Below are positions 37,817 through 48,003 of a stretch of 64,000 bases of DNA, piece by piece. Location of the stretch: the NCBI GenBank assembly GCA_037142715.1, contig JBAXAD010000003.1, forward strand, positions 738-64,737. The letters are read 5' to 3'. The stretch is from Paludibacter sp. (GTDB taxonomy: Bacteria; Bacteroidota; Bacteroidia; Bacteroidales; Paludibacteraceae). Position numbers and translations under genes: made by a program. The notes below the pieces were generated by a model, which saw only the letters and a program-made list of their open reading frames with translations, did no database searches and was not told the origin of the DNA. Position 1 is the stretch's first letter; each line of letters starts with the position of its first letter.

Positions 37817-40366
37817 ATGAAATCATCATTTAAAATTTCAAACATTCTGATTGGACTTTTCTTTCTGATAAGTTCCTCATCAGCAGTAGGTAAACCCACA
37901 AACGTAACTTTGCAACTGAAATGGAAACATCAATTTCAGTTTGCGGGATATTATGCGGCCATCGCCAAAGGATTTTACCAAGAAAAAGGAATTACAGTCA
38001 ATTTGCAAGAAGCAATGGAAGGTGTGGATCCCAATGATGCTGTAGTGAACGGAAAGGCCGATTTTGGTGTGTGTACAACAGATATTCTTTTGCTGCGGTC
38101 GCAGAATAAGAAAGTAGTGGTATTATCTACCATTTTTCAACATTCGCCACAGATATTAGTAGCATCCAAAAAATCTGGTATTGAGCATGTTCACAATCTG
38201 ATTGGTAAAAGAATTGCCATGGAACATAATGCTGTCGACATCATTGCATTTATGAAGGAAGAGGGAATTGCTTTGGATAAATGTGTGCTTCATGCTTATT
38301 CCTTCAACCCCAATAATCTAATTGAGGGAAAAATAGATGCTGCCACTGCCTATTTAACAGATGAGCCTTTTGAATTAAATCAAGCTCATTTCGATTATAA
38401 CATTATTTCTCCTTCAATGGGAGGTATAGATTTTTATGGCGATTTGCTATATACCACCGAAGGATTGATAAAATCGAATCCTGAATTAGTAGAAAATTTC
38501 AGAAAGGCCTCTCTTAAAGGATGGAAATATGCCATGGAACATCCTGAAGAAATCATCAATTTTATTTACAATAATTATGGCAAAAGGCATAGTTTAGAGC
38601 ATCTTAGGTTTGAAGCCGAAAAGATGAAAAATCTCATTCTCCCCGATGTTGTAGAAATTGGATATTCAAATCCAGGACGATGGGAAAGCATATTGGATGC
38701 CTATAAAAAATTGGACATGATTGATGCCTCGTTCAAAATTGATGGCATGATGTATTCCGATTATGTTGAACCTAAAGTGGTGATTCCTTGGGCATTGATT
38801 GGTGTCATATTTATTGTTTTTCTCGTTATTGTAATTATTGCTTTGGTGTTTTATCGTTCAGCAAGAAATCTTAAAAAGGAAATAAATAATCGACACGCTA
38901 TAGAAAAAGATTTATTGGAAAGCAATGAATTATTTCATTCAATAATAAAGGCCTCACCCGAAGATATTACCATTACAGATCTAGAAGGGATAATTATAAT
39001 GAGCTCACCAGCAGCATTATCCTTGTTTGGCTACAAAAATAAAAATGATTTTGAAGGTCATTTAATTTCTGAATTTATTGTTCCCGAAGATCGCCAACGT
39101 GCCATGGAAAATGTGGTGCTAATGTTTCAGGGAATTATGACTGGCGTGGGCGAATATCGTGGTTTGAGAGCCGATGGGACCTGTTTTGACTTGGAGGTAA
39201 ACGCCGAATTTATTAGAGACCCCGAGGGAAAACCTATAAAAATGATTTATATTACCCGCGATATTTCCGACCGTAAATTGGTGGAAGAGCGGTTGAAACA
39301 AAGTGAGCAAAATTACAGAATGTTAATAGAGACTGCAAATGAAGGCATTGCGGTTTCTTACGATATGTATTTTAAATATGTAAATCCCAGAATGCTGGAT
39401 TTAACAGGACGCACGCAAGAAGAGTTAATGTCAATCCCTTATGAGGAGTTTATTCATCCAGACGATAGAGAATTTGTGATGAGCAATAAGGCAAAGCGCA
39501 TGGCTGGTAATGTTATTGTGTCGCGTTATCAATTTCGGTTTGTTCACAAAGACGGTTCTATTAGGTGGATGGAAATGAGTGGTGCAAAAATAGAATGGGA
39601 AAACAAGCCCGCCATTATAAACTTTATAACAGACATTACCGAGCGGAAAGAGGCTGAGCAGCAATTAAGTAACTCGCAGGAGCAATTGAAAAATTTTGCA
39701 GCGCATCTTCAAAATGTTCGCGAAGAAGAAAGAGCACTTTTAGCACGCGAAATACATGATGAACTGGGTCAGATTCTAGTGGCGGTTAAAATTGATATGG
39801 GAATGCTGCGGCAAAAGGTTATAAAATGCAATACAGATAATGAAAACAATGATGTTTTAGAAAAACTCAATCAGCTGTATATTTTGGTTGACAATACCAT
39901 CAAAACCACCAGAAGAATAATGACAGGACTCAGACCAGAAGTGCTTGAATTGCTGGGATTTGTTGAAACAACAAAAATTCATCTGACTGAATTTCAAAAT
40001 AGATATTCTATTAATACTGAATTTCATTGCAATGTAATGGCATTGAAAATCACTGACCAGCAGTCGGTTGCATTGTTCCGTATTTTGCAAGAATCACTTT
40101 TGAATGTGTCTCGTCATGCAGAAGCATCCCTTGTGAAAGTAGAAATAAAAGTAGAACACGAAAAACTGATAATGAAAATTGTGGACAACGGAAAAGGTTT
40201 TGATGAAAATAACAAAGGTCGATCCGATTCTTATGGAATGATAGGTATGAAGGAAAGGGTATTTCTGCTGGATGAACAAATGACAATATCAGGAAAAATA
40301 GGCAAAGGAACAACCGTGAGGGTAGAAATACCCTACAAAGAACCCATTGTAGGTACTGAAGAGTAG
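37817..40366 (+). CDS. HK2: NMT1/THI5-like periplasmic binding domain-TM-2 PAS-HisKA_3-HATPase
   Basis: Signal peptide, LQLKWKHQFQFAGYYAA solute-binding-protein signature, one TM helix, two PAS units and AREIHDELGQ. Confidence 0.92.
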   Translation: MKSSFKISNILIGLFFLISSSSAVGKPTNVTLQLKWKHQFQFAGYYAAIAKGFYQEKGITVNLQEAMEGVDPNDAVVNGKADFGVCTTDILLLRSQNKKVVVLSTIFQHSPQILVASKKSGIEHVHNLIGKRIAMEHNAVDIIAFMKEEGIALDKCVLHAYSFNPNNLIEGKIDAATAYLTDEPFELNQAHFDYNIISPSMGGIDFYGDLLYTTEGLIKSNPELVENFRKASLKGWKYAMEHPEEIINFIYNNYGKRHSLEHLRFEAEKMKNLILPDVVEIGYSNPGRWESILDAYKKLDMIDASFKIDGMMYSDYVEPKVVIPWALIGVIFIVFLVIVIIALVFYRSARNLKKEINNRHAIEKDLLESNELFHSIIKASPEDITITDLEGIIIMSSPAALSLFGYKNKNDFEGHLISEFIVPEDRQRAMENVVLMFQGIMTGVGEYRGLRADGTCFDLEVNAEFIRDPEGKPIKMIYITRDISDRKLVEERLKQSEQNYRMLIETANEGIAVSYDMYFKYVNPRMLDLTGRTQEELMSIPYEEFIHPDDREFVMSNKAKRMAGNVIVSRYQFRFVHKDGSIRWMEMSGAKIEWENKPAIINFITDITERKEAEQQLSNSQEQLKNFAAHLQNVREEERALLAREIHDELGQILVAVKIDMGMLRQKVIKCNTDNENNDVLEKLNQLYILVDNTIKTTRRIMTGLRPEVLELLGFVETTKIHLTEFQNRYSINTEFHCNVMALKITDQQSVALFRILQESLLNVSRHAEASLVKVEIKVEHEKLIMKIVDNGKGFDENNKGRSDSYGMIGMKERVFLLDEQMTISGKIGKGTTVRVEIPYKEPIVGTEE

Positions 40367-40440
40367 AATTTTTATCAATTTAAATATAGTAAATCATATA
40401 AATTAACACAGAACGCCACTGGCATATATCGAAATTTAAT

Positions 40441-43400
40441 ATGGACATTCAATTTAACGACATCTTTATTCTTGAAGAAATTCAACAATTGCAGGATATG
40501 TTTTCAGATGCTACGGGAGTGGCTTCTATTATCACACAGCCTGACGGTACATTAATTACCAAACCTAGTAATTTTACCCGTTTGTGTAATGATATTATTC
40601 GCAATACCCCAAAAGGTTGTGCCAATTGTATCAAATCCGATGCAACAATTGGCGGGTTAAATTCCTGTCAAGTTGTTGTAAAACATTGTTTAAGTGCTGG
40701 GCTTTGGGATGCTGGCGTTCCCATTACCGTAGGTGGAAATCATATAGCCAATTGGCTGATTGGGCAGGTGCAGGCTGAAGATGTAGACTTGGAAAAAATG
40801 AAAGCTTATGCCGATGAAATTGGTGTTGATAGAAATGAATTTTTATCCGCTTTGGAAGAGGTGCCTAAAATGACTGAAAACAGGTTCAAAAAAGTGGCCG
40901 AAATGCTTCATGTTTTTGTCATTGATTTGTCAGAAAAAGCATACAACAATTTGCAATTGAAAAATGAAATTGCAAAACGTGAAGAAGCAAATTTGAAATT
41001 GCAAAAAAGTCAGGAATCACTTTATATCACCCTTCATTCTATTGGTGACGGTGTAATTTCTACCGACAGAAATGGGTTGATAAACGAAATGAATCCTGTG
41101 GCAGAGCAGCTTTGTGGATGGAAATTGAAGGATGCAAAAGGAAAACCGTTGACTCAGGTTTTTGAAATAGTGAATGCTCAAACCAGATTGCCAGTTGAAA
41201 ACCCTGTGGATAAAGTACTGGAAAATGGCCAAATTGTGGGGCTTGCCAATCATACAGTGCTCATTTCCAAAGATAAAACAGAATATCAAATTGCCGATAG
41301 TGCCGCGCCCATCAAAAATTGTGAAGGTGAAATTACAGGCATTGTGTTGGTGTTTTCGGATGTGACTGAAAAATATGAATCGGAAGAATCACAAAAGATA
41401 TCGGATAAAAGATACAGCGACTTGCTAAACCATCTGGAAGCTGGAGTGGTGGTTCATGGCCCCGATACAGCCATCTTTTCAAGCAATCCAAGAGCATCGG
41501 AATTGTTGGGATTGACTGAAATGCAAATGTTCGGGAAAATGGCAATGCATCCCGATTGGAAGTTTCTTGCTCCAAACAGTAGCCATTTAGCACTAGAAGA
41601 TTATCCGGTAAATTTGATTGCACGCACTAAAAAACCGATTATTGATTATGTGATTGGGATTAACCGTCCAGTGACCAATGACCTTGTATGGGTAATGGTG
41701 AATGGCTTTCCCATGTTAAACCCGACGGGGGAAATTTCTGAAATTATAATAAGTTTTATCGACATTACCCAGCGTACAATAACAGATGAAGCATTGATTA
41801 AAAGTCGTGAAGATTTTAAGGAACTATATGATAATGCGCCAATTGGGTACCATGAACTTGACAATGAGGGCAGAATAATTCGGATAAATCAGACTGAATT
41901 AAAAATGTTGGGATATACTGAAAATGAAGTATTGGGACAGTATGGTTGGGAATTTCTTGAAGATAAAGAATTGTCGCAAAATAGAATCCAAGGAAAATTG
42001 GACGGAACCATTAACCATGGCGATAGTGTTGAACGCCAGTTTCTACGAAAAGATGGAACTAAGCTAATTTTCCTTAGCAATGATAAAATACTGAAGGATC
42101 AAAATGACATAATAATAGGTATACGCACTACGGTACAGGACATTACCAAAAGAAAATATGCTGAAGAAGCTTTAGAAAATGAAAAGCATTTGTTAAGAAC
42201 TCTGATTGATAATATGCCAGATGCCATTTACACCAAAGATTTGGAAAGCCGCAAAACCCTTGCAAATAAGGCTGATGTGAAAAACTTGGGTGCAAATTTG
42301 GAACTAGAAGTATTGGGGAAAACCGATTTTGATATTTTTCCAAAAAAAATGGCTGAAGGTTTTTTTGATGATGATCAAAGTGTGTTGAAAAAAGGTGAAC
42401 CAATACTCAATAGAGAAGAGTATTTAATGGATGATAATGGTGAAAAACGTTGGTTACTAACTTCAAAGCTTCCACTTTTTAATAATAATCACCAGGTTAT
42501 TGGTTTGGTTGGTATTGGTCGTGACATTACCATCAGACGCAAAGCAGAACTTGCTTTGCGCAAAAGCGAAAGTTTTCTCAAAGAAACACAAATGATTGCC
42601 AAAGTGGGTAGCTATTCATTAGACGTTAAATCAGGAATTTGGGTAAGCTCAGAGGTGTTGGACAAAGTATTTGGTATTGAGGCCAATTATGAAAAAACCT
42701 TGGAAAGCTGGAAGCGTATTATACATCCCGAATGGCAGGAAGTAATGATTGATTACTTTATAAATGAAGTAATTGGCAAGAAAACCCAGTTTAATAAAGA
42801 ATATAAAATTATCAGTATTAATGATGGTGTAGAAAAATGGGTGCATGGAATTGGTAGGTTAATTTTTGGTGATAACAACGAAATCATATCCATGATTGGT
42901 TCCATTCAGGATATTACCGAACTTAAACAGACAGCATTGGCATTGGAAGATCAACTGAGAATGCAACAAGTATTGATGAATATATCATCAGAATATATCA
43001 ATTTGCCCATCAATAAAATTGAAGCTGCCATTCATGTTTCTTTACGCAATTTGGCTGAATATGTGGAAGCAGATAGGGCGTATGTGTTTGATTATAACCT
43101 AGATAGTCAAAATTCAAACAATACTTATGAGTGGTGTGCCGAAGGAATTAATGCTCAAATTGCTTCAATGAAAGCTATTCCTTTAAATGAAATGTTGGGG
43201 TTTGAAGCTCATCAAAAAGGAGAATTAGTGGTCATTCCTAATGTTTCTGACTTGCATGATGGTAAATTAAAGCAATGGTTGCATAATAGAAATTTGAAAA
43301 GTTTTATTACTATACCAATGATGCTCAATGGTATAACCATTGGATTTGTAGGATTCGATTCTTTTAAAAAGCAACATTCTTATACCGAACACGAAAAATA

Positions 43401-45270
43401 TTTATTCAGGGCATTTGCCCAAATGCTGGTAAATATCCAATTGCGTAAGGAGGTTGACGAGACGCTCCAAAATGAGCGACTCTTGCTCCGAACCGTTATC
43501 GACAATATCCCAGATACCATTTATGCCAAGGATCTGAATTATAAGAAAACACTTGCCAACAAAGCCGAAGTGAAAATACTTGGGGCAAAATCCGAAGCCG
43601 ATGTTGTTGGGAAAACTGATTCAGAATTTTATGATGAAGAATATGCAAGACGTTTTAAGGCGAGTGATCAGATAGTAATTGAATCCGGAATCCCTGATTT
43701 TAACAGAGAAGGCTTAATTGTTGACGGATATGGAAACAATCGCTGGATGTTATCTTCTAAGCTTCCATTGCGCAACAAAGACAACCAAATTGTTGGACTA
43801 GTGGGTATTGGTCACGACATTTCCAATAGAATACTAGCCGAAGAAACACTGCGAAAGAGTGAAGAAAAATACCGCAACATTTTTGAAAACGTACAAGATG
43901 TCTATTTTCAAATGAACTTGTTAGGCGAAATATTTGAAATAAGTCCCTCTATAGAAAAGCTTTATGGATACAAACGCGAGGAAATTATTGGTAAATCTAT
44001 TTACGATTTCTATTATCAAAATGATGATTCGATAAACTTATCCCTTTTGACAGAAAAAAGGACAATAAAAGATCTTGAATTTATAATTAAAAATAAAAAA
44101 GGCGAAACAAAATCAATTCTGTTAAATGCGCAGTTGATTTTCGATGCAGAAGGTCATCCAAACCATATTGATGGTACCATTAGGGACATTAGCAAGCGGA
44201 AGAATGCCGAAGATGCTTTGAAAGAAAGTGAGCGTAAATTCAGAAACATCCTCGAAAATTCGCCATTTCATATATGGGCTTTCGATGGTGAAGTGTACAA
44301 CTATGTAAATAAAGCGTATTTTGATTTTACGGGAATTGAAAAGAAAGATATCATGACCATAGAAATGTGGACTTTGTGCCTTCACCCTGATGATTTGGAA
44401 TCAGCTGGCAAGGTGTGGAATGATGCTTGGGAAAGAAAAGCTGAACATGATAACTATTTCAGACTATTGAGCAAGGATGGGATTTATCGTGATTTTTGGT
44501 GTCATGTTGTGCCTATATATGATGAATTTCAACAGTTTAAGCATTTTCAAGGATTTAATTTCGACATTACCGAGCGGAAGCAGGCAGATGAAGCTTTGAA
44601 TAAATCGCAAGACGAACTCCAAAAATTTGCATCGCATCTCCAAAATGTTCGCGAAGAAGAAAGAATTATGCTGGCAAGAGAAATTCACGACGAACTGGGT
44701 CAAATACTTATAGCAATAAAAATAGACACAGGCCTTCTTAAACAAAAAGTGTTAAAGGTTGTCGACTCTATTAATTATTCGGAAATATTGACTAAATTTG
44801 AAAATCTTTTCGGGCTGGTTGACAACACAATAAATACCGCTCGTAAAATCATGACCGACTTACGTCCCGAGGTACTTTATTTGCTGGGATTTGAGGAAGC
44901 TGTAAAATTACATATCTCAAAATTTCAAGTACGACATAATATTGATTGTCAGTTTTATACTGAAGATACGAAACTTGAACTGACAGAACAGCAATCAGTT
45001 GCTTTATATCGTATTGTTCAGGAAGCATTGACCAATATTGTAAAACATGCAAAAGCAACAAAAGTAGATATTCATATTAGTTTAGTTGACAATGTTTTAA
45101 CCTTGGAAATAAACGATAATGGCGTTGGCTTTGACCAAAATTTCAAAATCAAATCCGATTCTTATGGTTTGATTGGCATGAAAGAGAGGGTTTATTTGCT
45201 GGCCGGAGAACTTAGCATCATTGGTAATGCTGGTAAAGGTACATCGTTGAGAGTGGTTATGCCGTATTAA
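40441..45270 (+). CDS. HK3: PocR-(8 PAS)-GAF-HisKA_3-HATPase histidine kinase
   Basis: PocR-like N-terminus (LQDMFSDATGVASII...CIKSD...CLSAGLWDAGVPI...WLIGQV), PAS units, GAF and AREIHDELGQ. Confidence 0.92.
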   Translation: MDIQFNDIFILEEIQQLQDMFSDATGVASIITQPDGTLITKPSNFTRLCNDIIRNTPKGCANCIKSDATIGGLNSCQVVVKHCLSAGLWDAGVPITVGGNHIANWLIGQVQAEDVDLEKMKAYADEIGVDRNEFLSALEEVPKMTENRFKKVAEMLHVFVIDLSEKAYNNLQLKNEIAKREEANLKLQKSQESLYITLHSIGDGVISTDRNGLINEMNPVAEQLCGWKLKDAKGKPLTQVFEIVNAQTRLPVENPVDKVLENGQIVGLANHTVLISKDKTEYQIADSAAPIKNCEGEITGIVLVFSDVTEKYESEESQKISDKRYSDLLNHLEAGVVVHGPDTAIFSSNPRASELLGLTEMQMFGKMAMHPDWKFLAPNSSHLALEDYPVNLIARTKKPIIDYVIGINRPVTNDLVWVMVNGFPMLNPTGEISEIIISFIDITQRTITDEALIKSREDFKELYDNAPIGYHELDNEGRIIRINQTELKMLGYTENEVLGQYGWEFLEDKELSQNRIQGKLDGTINHGDSVERQFLRKDGTKLIFLSNDKILKDQNDIIIGIRTTVQDITKRKYAEEALENEKHLLRTLIDNMPDAIYTKDLESRKTLANKADVKNLGANLELEVLGKTDFDIFPKKMAEGFFDDDQSVLKKGEPILNREEYLMDDNGEKRWLLTSKLPLFNNNHQVIGLVGIGRDITIRRKAELALRKSESFLKETQMIAKVGSYSLDVKSGIWVSSEVLDKVFGIEANYEKTLESWKRIIHPEWQEVMIDYFINEVIGKKTQFNKEYKIISINDGVEKWVHGIGRLIFGDNNEIISMIGSIQDITELKQTALALEDQLRMQQVLMNISSEYINLPINKIEAAIHVSLRNLAEYVEADRAYVFDYNLDSQNSNNTYEWCAEGINAQIASMKAIPLNEMLGFEAHQKGELVVIPNVSDLHDGKLKQWLHNRNLKSFITIPMMLNGITIGFVGFDSFKKQHSYTEHEKYLFRAFAQMLVNIQLRKEVDETLQNERLLLRTVIDNIPDTIYAKDLNYKKTLANKAEVKILGAKSEADVVGKTDSEFYDEEYARRFKASDQIVIESGIPDFNREGLIVDGYGNNRWMLSSKLPLRNKDNQIVGLVGIGHDISNRILAEETLRKSEEKYRNIFENVQDVYFQMNLLGEIFEISPSIEKLYGYKREEIIGKSIYDFYYQNDDSINLSLLTEKRTIKDLEFIIKNKKGETKSILLNAQLIFDAEGHPNHIDGTIRDISKRKNAEDALKESERKFRNILENSPFHIWAFDGEVYNYVNKAYFDFTGIEKKDIMTIEMWTLCLHPDDLESAGKVWNDAWERKAEHDNYFRLLSKDGIYRDFWCHVVPIYDEFQQFKHFQGFNFDITERKQADEALNKSQDELQKFASHLQNVREEERIMLAREIHDELGQILIAIKIDTGLLKQKVLKVVDSINYSEILTKFENLFGLVDNTINTARKIMTDLRPEVLYLLGFEEAVKLHISKFQVRHNIDCQFYTEDTKLELTEQQSVALYRIVQEALTNIVKHAKATKVDIHISLVDNVLTLEINDNGVGFDQNFKIKSDSYGLIGMKERVYLLAGELSIIGNAGKGTSLRVVMPY

Positions 45271-45286
45271 GTAGAAGAAAGTAGAG

Positions 45287-45405
45287 CTCCTTGTCCGCCA
45301 GCTGGCGGAGAATTAGGCAAGTTCATTCGACCTGATTTTTTAGATATAAAGATATAAGTATATCAATACTATCCTAGTTCTCCGCTAGCTGGCGGACTAG
45401 GGGTT
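45287..45405. repeat. MITE-like element, family C, copy 3 (best preserved, ~30-bp terminal inverted repeats)
   Basis: TGTCCGCCAGCTGGCGGAGAATTAGG ... CCTAGTTCTCCGCTAGCTGGCGGACTAGGGGTT. Confidence 0.8.
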
Positions 45406-45444
45406 ATTTCTTAGTTTCCTAAATTTCCCGTAGAAACTACCTTA

Positions 45445-47874
45445 ATGAAAAACGAAATTACCGATGTTGATACTACTCTTCGCCAAAAGGCAGAAAAGTT
45501 ATTAAAAAAGAAAGCTACAAAAAAAGTAGAAACGCAACTCTCAGAAGCCGATTCGTTAAAATTAATCCACGAATTGGATGTGTATCAAATAGAGCTTGAT
45601 ATGCAAACCGATGAGTTTCAGCAATCGAAATTGTATGATGCAGAAAGGTTAGCACTCATACACCAATTGGAAGCTCACCATGTAGAGCTTGAGATGCAAA
45701 ACCATGAACTCAGCTTGGCTCGTGTAAAGGCTGAAAAAATTGCAAAAAATTATTCTACTTTATATGATTTTGCGCCAACTGGTTATTTTACACTTTCCGT
45801 TGATGGTGAGATACTTGAACTCAATCTTTGTGGAGCGCAAATGCTTGGTAAAGAGCGAAGTAATTTATTGAATAGCAGATTTGCATTTTTTGTTTCCAAC
45901 AACACCAAACCATTTTTTCAACTTTTTCTGGATAAAGTATTTATTACCAATAAAACTGAAACCTGCGAAATTACAATCAAAACCGATGGCAATCCCTCTA
46001 TATATGCACATGTAACTGGATTGATTTCTGAAAATAAAGACCAATGCCTTCTTACTGTTGTTGATATTACCAAAAGGAAAAAAGCTGAAGAAGAACTGTT
46101 ACTTAAGAATGTCATTTTTGATTCATCCATTGCTGCTAATAGTATAGCCGATATTGATGGTATAATTATAGAAGTAAACAATTCTTTTTACCTCGGTTGG
46201 GGTTATAAAAGTAAGTATGAAGTTATTGGAAAGTCTATAGCTAGTTTTTTTGCTTATAGCTCTGAAGCCGAGCAGATTATGAATTCCTTGAATGAAACCG
46301 GACAATGGGAAGGCGAATTTATTGCCAAGCGGGTTGACAATTCACACTTCTTTGCTTATGCTACTGCTACAGTTGTTAGAGATAAGTATGATAAAATAAT
46401 TGGTTATCAATCATCTGTTATAGATAATACGAATCAAAAAATTGCTGAGGAAGCTTTAAAAGTGAGCGAAGAAAAATTCCGTGGCATTTTTGAAAACACC
46501 AAGGATATTTTCTTTCAAATTAGTTTAGACGGAAAAATCATAGATATTAGCCCATCGGTAAAGTCATTAACAAATATCTCTAGAGAGGAATTTATTGGTA
46601 AGTCTTTCATAGATTCACATAATAATCCTCTGAAAACAAAATTGCTTTTCGATTCCGTTATTAACAATGTGGATTTAACAGACTTTGAAATTGAAGTTAA
46701 ATCCAAAAATGGTCATTCAAAGTTTTTATCCATAAATGCCATATTAATTGTTGACCAATTAGGAAACAAAAAACATATTGATGGATCAATAAGAGATGTC
46801 ACTGAACGAAAACTGGCCGAGGATGCATTGACAGAAAGTGAGGAGAATTATCGGTTCATGTTTGCAAATAATCCGCAACCGATGTGGATTTATGATTTGG
46901 AAACCCTTGTGATATTGGAGGTTAACCAATCAGCAATTTGCCATTATGGTTATTCAAGAGAAGAATTTCTGTCAATGACATTAAAAGATTTACGACCAAA
47001 AGAGGATTTTCCAGCACTTATGAGGGATTTGGAATTGGCCAAAGCCGACAATAACACGGTTACCCAATGGCGGCACATTAAGAAAAATAAAGAGTCAATA
47101 TTTGTAGAAGTCATTGCTCATTCGGTCAAATATAACGGAAGAAATGCACGTCATGTTTTGATAAACGACATTACCGAGCGCAAGCAAGTGGAGTTCAAAT
47201 TGGTAAATACGCAGGAAGAGCTGAAGAAATTTGCAGCGCATCTTCAAAATATCCGCGAGGAAGAAAGAATAATGTTGGCTCGCGATATTCATGACGAATT
47301 GGCTCAAATTCTTATTGCCATAAAAATGGATATGGGTTTAATAAAACAAAAATTATCAAGAGGACTAAATAGTATTTGTAATGAGGAACTTATGGAGAAT
47401 TTTAACCATGTATTTGGTCTTGTCGACAACACAATTCATACCTCAAGAAAAATAATGTCAGGACTAAGGTCAGAAATGCTTGAATTGCTTGGATTGATTG
47501 AAACCATTAAAATATATACCAAAGAGTATGAAGGCAGGCATTATATAAAATGCAATATGATGATTGAAAGCAATGAAGTAGAATTTGATCCACATAAATC
47601 TGTCACTTTATTAAGGATATATCAGGAAATATTAACAAATGTAGTTAAGCATGCAGAGGCTACTGAGTTAAATATTTATCTGACAGTTAAATCAAAAATA
47701 CTTATCATGGAAGTAAAAGACAATGGTAGGGGTTTTGATAAAACCACGGAAAACAAACCCAATACTTATGGGATAATTGGAATGAAAGAAAGGACTTTTT
47801 TGTTGGATGGAAAATTAAGTATTGAAACTGAACCAGGAAAAGGAACTACCGTAAAAGTGGAAATTCCATATTAG
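45445..47874 (+). CDS. HK4: N-terminal ELEMQ coiled coil-4 PAS-HisKA_3-HATPase
   Basis: LRQKAEKLL...LIHELDVYQIELDMQ...ELEMQNHEL, PAS units, ARDIHDELAQ and DNGRGF. Confidence 0.92.
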   Translation: MKNEITDVDTTLRQKAEKLLKKKATKKVETQLSEADSLKLIHELDVYQIELDMQTDEFQQSKLYDAERLALIHQLEAHHVELEMQNHELSLARVKAEKIAKNYSTLYDFAPTGYFTLSVDGEILELNLCGAQMLGKERSNLLNSRFAFFVSNNTKPFFQLFLDKVFITNKTETCEITIKTDGNPSIYAHVTGLISENKDQCLLTVVDITKRKKAEEELLLKNVIFDSSIAANSIADIDGIIIEVNNSFYLGWGYKSKYEVIGKSIASFFAYSSEAEQIMNSLNETGQWEGEFIAKRVDNSHFFAYATATVVRDKYDKIIGYQSSVIDNTNQKIAEEALKVSEEKFRGIFENTKDIFFQISLDGKIIDISPSVKSLTNISREEFIGKSFIDSHNNPLKTKLLFDSVINNVDLTDFEIEVKSKNGHSKFLSINAILIVDQLGNKKHIDGSIRDVTERKLAEDALTESEENYRFMFANNPQPMWIYDLETLVILEVNQSAICHYGYSREEFLSMTLKDLRPKEDFPALMRDLELAKADNNTVTQWRHIKKNKESIFVEVIAHSVKYNGRNARHVLINDITERKQVEFKLVNTQEELKKFAAHLQNIREEERIMLARDIHDELAQILIAIKMDMGLIKQKLSRGLNSICNEELMENFNHVFGLVDNTIHTSRKIMSGLRSEMLELLGLIETIKIYTKEYEGRHYIKCNMMIESNEVEFDPHKSVTLLRIYQEILTNVVKHAEATELNIYLTVKSKILIMEVKDNGRGFDKTTENKPNTYGIIGMKERTFLLDGKLSIETEPGKGTTVKVEIPY

Positions 47875-47894
47875 AAGAACAGCTAGCCCTCCAA

Positions 47895-47912
47895 CGGGAA
47901 TTAGGCAAGTTC
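47895..47912. repeat. Partial family C element
   Basis: GGGAATTAGGCAAGTTCA matches the inner left arm of the copies at 3243 and 45308. Confidence 0.5.
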
Positions 47913-48003
47913 ACTTTACAAGTTTCGCGTCCAATCGTTTTTTTTTACGGTTTGAAGCATAAGTAAGCAGAAATAAAAGCGGTTTGACACAATAAAACGA
48001 ATT

